Source: the human T2T-CHM13v2.0 reference genome, Homo sapiens. Taken from it: a DNA stretch of 64,000 nucleotides. Location: NCBI RefSeq assembly GCF_009914755.1, contig NC_060948.1; one strand, 5' to 3'. The position numbers and the translations under genes were made by a program. Below are positions 58,725 to 64,000 of this stretch, in pieces (the stretch's first letter is position 1; every line of letters starts with the position of its first letter). Under the pieces are notes generated by a model. That model searched no databases. It was not told the DNA's origin and saw only the letters and a list, made by a program, of their open reading frames with translations.

Positions 58725-61400
58725 GTGAAAGAAAGAGAGAGAATGAGAGAGGGAGGAAGAAAGGAAGGAGAGAGGAAAGGACAGAGGGAGGGAGGGATGG
58801 AGGGAGGAAGGAAGGAGGGAAGGAAATGAAGGGAAGGAGGGAACAAGGAAGGGAGGGAAGGAGAACGGGAAGAAGGGAAGGGAGAAAAGGGAGGGAGGAC
58901 AGGAACAAGGAGGACAGGAAGGGAGAAAGGGAAGAAAGGAGGAAGAGATGAAGGGAAGAAGAAAGAAAAGGAGGAAATGAGGGAGGGAGGAAGAAAGGCA
59001 GAGAGTGAGGAAGGGAAGAAAAAGGAAGAAAAGAAGGGAGGAAGGGAGGAAGGAAGAAAGGGAGGAGGGGAGAGAGGAAGGGAGAGAGGGAGGTAGGGAA
59101 ATGGAAAGAAGGTGCAAAAGAGGGAGGGAGGGAGGGAAATGAAAAGATGCAAGAGAGGGAGAGAGGCAAGGAAATGAAAACAAGGTGCAAGAGACATAGG
59201 GAAGAAGCGAGGGAAGGAAATGAAAAGAAGGTACAAGAGAGAGGGAGGGAAGGAAGGAGAATAAATAGTGTGCAAGGGAGAGAGGAAGGAAGGAAAGAAG
59301 GAATGAAGGAAGGAAAGAAGGAAAGAAGGAAGAAAGCAAATCAGGCAGGGAGGGAGGCAGGGAGGAAGGGGAAAGAAGTTGGAAGAGAGAGAGGGGGAGG
59401 GAGGGAAATGAAAACAAGGTGTAAGAGAGAGGGAGGGAGGGAAATGAAAAGAAGGTGCAAGAGAGAGAGGGAGGGAAATGGAAAGCAGGTGCAAGAGAGA
59501 GAGAGAGAGAAAGGGAGGGAGAAGAAATATTGTGCAAGGGAGAGAGAAATGAAGGAAGGGAGGAAGGAAAGAAGGAAGGAAGGAGGGAGGGAAGGAAACA
59601 AGGAAGGGAGGGAGGGAAAAAGAAGGTTCAAGAAAGAGAAAGGGAAGGAAGGAGAAGAAAAAATGTGCAAGGGAGAGAAGAAGGAAGGAAGAGGGAAAGA
59701 AGGAAGGGAGAGAGGGAGGGACGGGGGAGGGAGGGGAGAAGATGGTGTGAGAGAGAGAGAGGGAGAGAGGAAAATGAAAAGAAGATGCAAGACAGAGAGA
59801 GAAGGAGGGAAGGAAATGAAAAGAAGGTGCAAGAGAGAGAGGGAGAGAGGGAGGAAAGGAGAGAGGGAGGGAAATGAAAATAACGTCCAAGAGAGACAAG
59901 GAGCAAGAGAAGGAGAAGAAATAATGTGCAAGGAGCGAAGGAAGGAAGGAAGGAAGGAAGGAAGGAAGGAAGGAAGGAAGGAAGGAAGGAAGGAAAGAGG
60001 GAGGGATGGAGGGAGGGGAAAAGAAGGTGCTAGAGAGAGAGAGAGGGAGGGAGGGAAATGAAGAGAAGGTGCGAGAGAGAGGGAAGGAGGGAAATGAAAA
60101 GAAAGTGCAAGAGAGAGAGAGGGAGGGAGGGAAATTAAAAGAAGGTGAGAGAGAGGGAGGGAGGAAAATGAAAAGAAGGTGCAAGAGGGAGAGGGAGGGA
60201 GGGAAATGAAAATAAGGTGTGAGAGAGAGGGAGGGAGAGAAGGAGAAGAAATAATATGCAAGGGAGAGGGGAAGGAAGGAAGGAGGGAAGGAAGGAAGGA
60301 AAGAAGGAAGGAAGGAAAGAAGGAAGGAAGAAGGAAGGAAGGGAAGAGGGAGGGAGGGAGGGAAGGAAGGAAGAAGGAAAGAAGGAAGGGAGGAGGGAGG
60401 GAGGGAGGGAAGGAAGGAAGGAATGGAGGGAGGGAGGGAGGAAAGAAGAAGGAAGGTAGGAAGGAAAGGAAGGAAGGAAGGGAAGGAGGGAGGGATGGAG
60501 GGAGGGGAAAAGAAGGTGTGTGTGTGAGAGAGAGAGAGAAAGAGGGAGGGAAATGAAAAGAAGGTGAGAGAGAGAGGGAGGGAGGAAAATGAAAAAAAGA
60601 TGCAAGAGACAGAGGGACGGAGGGAGAGAAAACAAAAGAAAGTGTAAGAGAGAAAGGGATAGAGAGAAGGAGAAGAAATAATGTGCAAGGGAGAGAGGAA
60701 GGCAGGAAAGAAGGAAGGAAGGATGGAAAGAAGGGAGGGAGGGAGGAAGGAAAGAAGGAAGGAAGGAAGGAAGGTAGGAAGGAAGGAAGGAAGGGAAGGA
60801 GGAAGGGATGGAGGGAGGGGAGAAGAAGGTGTGTGAGAGAGAGAGGGAGGGAGGAAAATGAAAAAAAGTTGCAAGAGAGAGAGGGAGGGAGGGAAAAGAA
60901 AAGAAAGTGTAAGAGAGAAAGGGAGAGAGAGAAGGAGAAGAAATAATGTGCAAGGGAGAGAGGAAGGAAGGAAGCAAGGAAGGGAGGGAGGGAGGGGGAA
61001 AGAGAGTTCAAAAGAGAGAGAGGGAGAGAGGGAAATGAAAAGAAGGTGAAAGAAAGAGAGGGAGGGAGGGAGGGATGAAAATGAAAATGAAAATAATGTG
61101 CAAGAGAGAGAGGAAGGAATGGAGGAAGGAAGGAAGGGAGGAAGGAAGGAAGATGGAAGGAAGGAAGGAAGAGACAGAGGGAAAAACAAAGGTGCAAGAG
61201 AGAGATGGAGGGAGGGAGAAGGAATAATATGCAAGGGAGAGAGGAAAGAAGAAAGAAAGGAAGGAAGGAAGGAAGGAGGGAAGAGAGGAAGGGAGGGAGG
61301 GAGGGAAAAAATGAACAGAAGGTGCAAGGGAGATGAAAGAAGGAAGGAAGGGAAAAGAAAGGGAGGAATGAAGAAAAAGAAAAGGAGAGGAGAGGAATAA
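58725..61400 (+). repeat. ~2.7-kb polypurine minisatellite/low-complexity array with recurring GTGCAAG-anchored units
   Basis: Units ggaaatgaaaagaaggtgcaagagagagagggaggga and ggagaagaaataatgtgcaagggagagagg interleaved with (GGAA)n. Confidence 0.95.
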
Positions 61401-62443
61401 GTGAAAGAGTAACTTGGAAATAATATGTTTGAGTCTATAACTGAATAAATGAATTAATAAAGTTTTATGTTTTTTCATAGCTCTGATACATTTCTTCCAC
61501 TTCATTTTCATATATTTTTGTAAAACCATTTTTATAAAATCTGAGTACAATTTTTCTTTTCTGCACTGTAGGTTGATTTTAAACATTCAATGTGGTCCAC
61601 AGCCAAGAAATATAGCTAATGTCAGCTGTCCATGTGAGCCATAAATAAATATTTCAAAGGAACAATGGTACATTCAGGAATGTATATCAAATTGCGTGCC
61701 CAAAAGTGGCATGTGGAGCCAACACCACGTAAAAGACTGCAGGGTGATGAGGAGCATCGATTGAGCCATTGCACTTTTGCTGACTCCAGCCTTTGCATGG
61801 AGCTCCTCCGCTTACATATGGAGCCTTGACTTCTACAGGAAAAGAGACAGGAATGCTGCGTATAGTGGGGGTGGACACCATGTGACAGGATTAAGTAGGG
61901 TTTTTAAGGATGGCATGGGGAAAAGGTGCAAGACTTGAGGCAGAGGAGGGAGCCAGCCAGGCTGCTTGGAAGAGGCGTGCTTCTGTCCCGGTGAAGACCA
62001 GACTAGAGCAGCCAGTCCGGGGGGCTCCGACTCCCTCCAGGAATGGGGAGGAGGATCTAGGGACATCAGCAGGAAGAAATAAAGTCACAGAGGTGAAGTA
62101 GAGGTGGAGGAGGCCTGATGGGACAGCACCTCAGAACTTCCTGGGGAGTCTGGCCTTGACTCTAGAGTAATGGTAGCCACTGCAGTGATTTGAGCTGAGG
62201 GGCTAAGATCACCAGATGACCTAGAGTCCGTGGTCAAAGGCTCCCTTCAGCTGTGTGCTGAGGATATTTGGTTTGGGGAGGCAACTGCAGGAATCCAGAG
62301 AGAGATGGTCCATTGCAACACAGACCAGAAGTGTAAATGAGAAGTTGGGCTGCAGATCTAATTTGAACACAGTGAGATTTAGAAAGTTGAGAAATTGGAC
62401 CAAATTTGTGATGGGAATTGGGTTCCACAGTTTAAATTCAGAT

Positions 62444-62688
62444 CTTGGAGTCTCACTATGTTGCCTAGGCTGCAGTGCAGTGACAGGATGTCACTGTAGC
62501 CTCCTCCTCCTGGATTCAAGTGAATCTCTTGCCTCAGCCTCCAGTGTAACTGGGATTACAGGTGCCTGCCCCCATGCCCAGCTAATATTTGAATTTTTAC
62601 TAGAGACAGGGTTTCATCGTATTGATCAATCTGGTCTCCAACTCCTGATCTCAAATTGTCTGCCCACCTCAGCCTCCCAAAGTGCTGG
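62444..62688 (-). mobile_element. Alu, partial
   Basis: ggagtctcactatgttgcctaggctgc...cctcagcctcccaaagtgctgg. Confidence 0.88.
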
Positions 62689-62699
62689 CAAGAAATATT

Positions 62700-63425
62700 A
62701 TAAGAAAATTAGAGGGAGAGAAGCTAGTGCTTGGGATAGGGAGTTGCAATTTTAGATAAAGTAGTGATGGAAGACTGCTCAGAGAAGGCGATGTTTGAGC
62801 AAAGACCTCAAGGAGGGAGGAGAGAGGATTGTTTGTTTCTAGAACGTGCTAATAGCAGGGGACAGCTAGAGTGACCAGCCAGTGTTAGGACACTGAGGGA
62901 GGGGCATGCCTGGATTGCCCTAGGAGTCCAGAGTGGCCATGGATGAGTGAGGGATGGAGAGTAGCAGGAGGTGGGGCCACAGAGGTAATGGCAGGGACAA
63001 ATCTTTGCATGTTACTGCAAGGTTCTCAGATTTTAGGATGCAGGAGAGAAGTATCATAGGATATTGAGAAGTATCCCTGGTGTTTGTCCAATAAATGTCA
63101 GCAGCACCACCCACCCTGTTTCCTGCTTCCAGGTTGGGACATTGACACAACGTTGTCTCCTATTTTTAAAGGGTTACTCCATTAGCGGGATTTGAATAAC
63201 CTTGAGGGCTTTGCACTGTCGATGCAAGCACTGAAGCAAAAAACACAAATATCATTACTATTCTCCTGAAAGACCCAATGGTAGGATTTTCTATAAGGTC
63301 ATGATGAGATTAATGAGAAGAGGTCATATTCTGGATATGTTTTTAAATTTCAACAGACAGGACTTAATGAACTGGATATGAAAAAAGGAGTAAATGAAGA
63401 TGCCTTCATGGCAACCTAGAAAATC
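62700..63425 (+). mobile_element. Degenerate L2 3' fragments
   Basis: ggaagactgctcagagaaggcgatgtttgagcaaagacct and attctggatatgtttttaaa...acaggactt resemble L2. Confidence 0.55.
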
Positions 63426-63927
63426 TTGGACAATGCTAGCAGATGCAGGTGCAGGCAGTGCTTGATGCATGTCTTGGCTTCTGGTATCCCAAGAGGTGTG
63501 GTTGGTCCCCCAGTCCACATCATCTACTTTAGTCCATGTACAAGAATTCTTAGACACTCAGAAACACACACAGTTTCTAGAACTAAGGACAATTCTACGG
63601 TTTACAAAACCATCATGGATGATGGGCAACAATGTAATGGAATCTGTTGGTGCCATGCATGTCGATTTCCAAGAAGTGTTATGAAGCTTTATTGGAACTC
63701 TGGTCATTGTTGTCTTCTTTTCTAGATGAGTAGCTCCCAACTCTGTCTGTACCCCAAAACCACCTGGGGAGGTTTAAAGAATCCTGTACCCCAGCTGTAT
63801 CCCACACCAATGACTTCTAAGTCTCCAAGCATGGAATCCAGGCATATATATTTTTGGAAGTTACCCTTAGATTTTTTCCTAAATGTTTTGAGCAACTGTC
63901 CATTTTCTCTTCATCTTTATCCCCTAA

Positions 63928-64000
63928 ACTAGTGATACTCTACAGGGATTATTCTTTCCCTAGGGATATTTGGCCATGTCTGGAGACATTTTGGGTTGCA
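63928..64000. mobile_element. MER20 DNA transposon start (cut by window edge)
   Basis: ccctagggatatttggccatgtctggagacattttgggttg. Confidence 0.75.

Noticed and set aside
58691-61327. 878-aa and 618-aa minus-strand ORFs and K/E/R/G-rich plus-strand ORFs
   Set aside because: C/T-only sequence cannot form stop codons; overlapping long ORFs in several frames with S/L/P/F-only composition indicate a repeat artefact
58725-61400. Repeat-spacer appearance resembling a CRISPR array
   Set aside because: Eukaryotic DNA; the repeats are degenerate, the spacers are low-complexity and mutually similar, and there are no cas genes

Overview
Primate, almost certainly human, non-coding genomic DNA. It is AT-rich, densely filled with retrotransposons and microsatellites, and contains no recognisable host protein-coding gene, RNA gene or CRISPR array. 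The compound STR at 11609-11708 has the structure and flanks I recall for the forensic Y-STR DYS390 (25 repeats here). Other STRs match my recollection of DYS718, DYS510, DYS511, DYS588 and DYS717. This places the window in the X-degenerate long arm of the human Y chromosome; the names come from memory and need confirming by in-silico PCR. The only genuine protein-like ORFs are fragments of LINE-1 ORF1/ORF2/ORF0. The very long ORFs at 58.7-61.3 kb are artefacts of a stop-free purine/pyrimidine array. I did not find a new coding system. The most interesting signals are structural: (1) an L1 stub and an AluY sharing a triplicated target site, (2) a three-level Alu>THE1>inverted-L1 nest with both inner TSDs readable, (3) three independent twin-primed L1s, (4) a 2.7-kb purine array with a GTGCAAG-anchored higher-order structure, (5) a locally templated 175-bp insertion next to a 290-bp tandem duplication, and (6) uniform strand polarity of all GATA arrays. 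Repeat family names and many boundaries are by eye and approximate.
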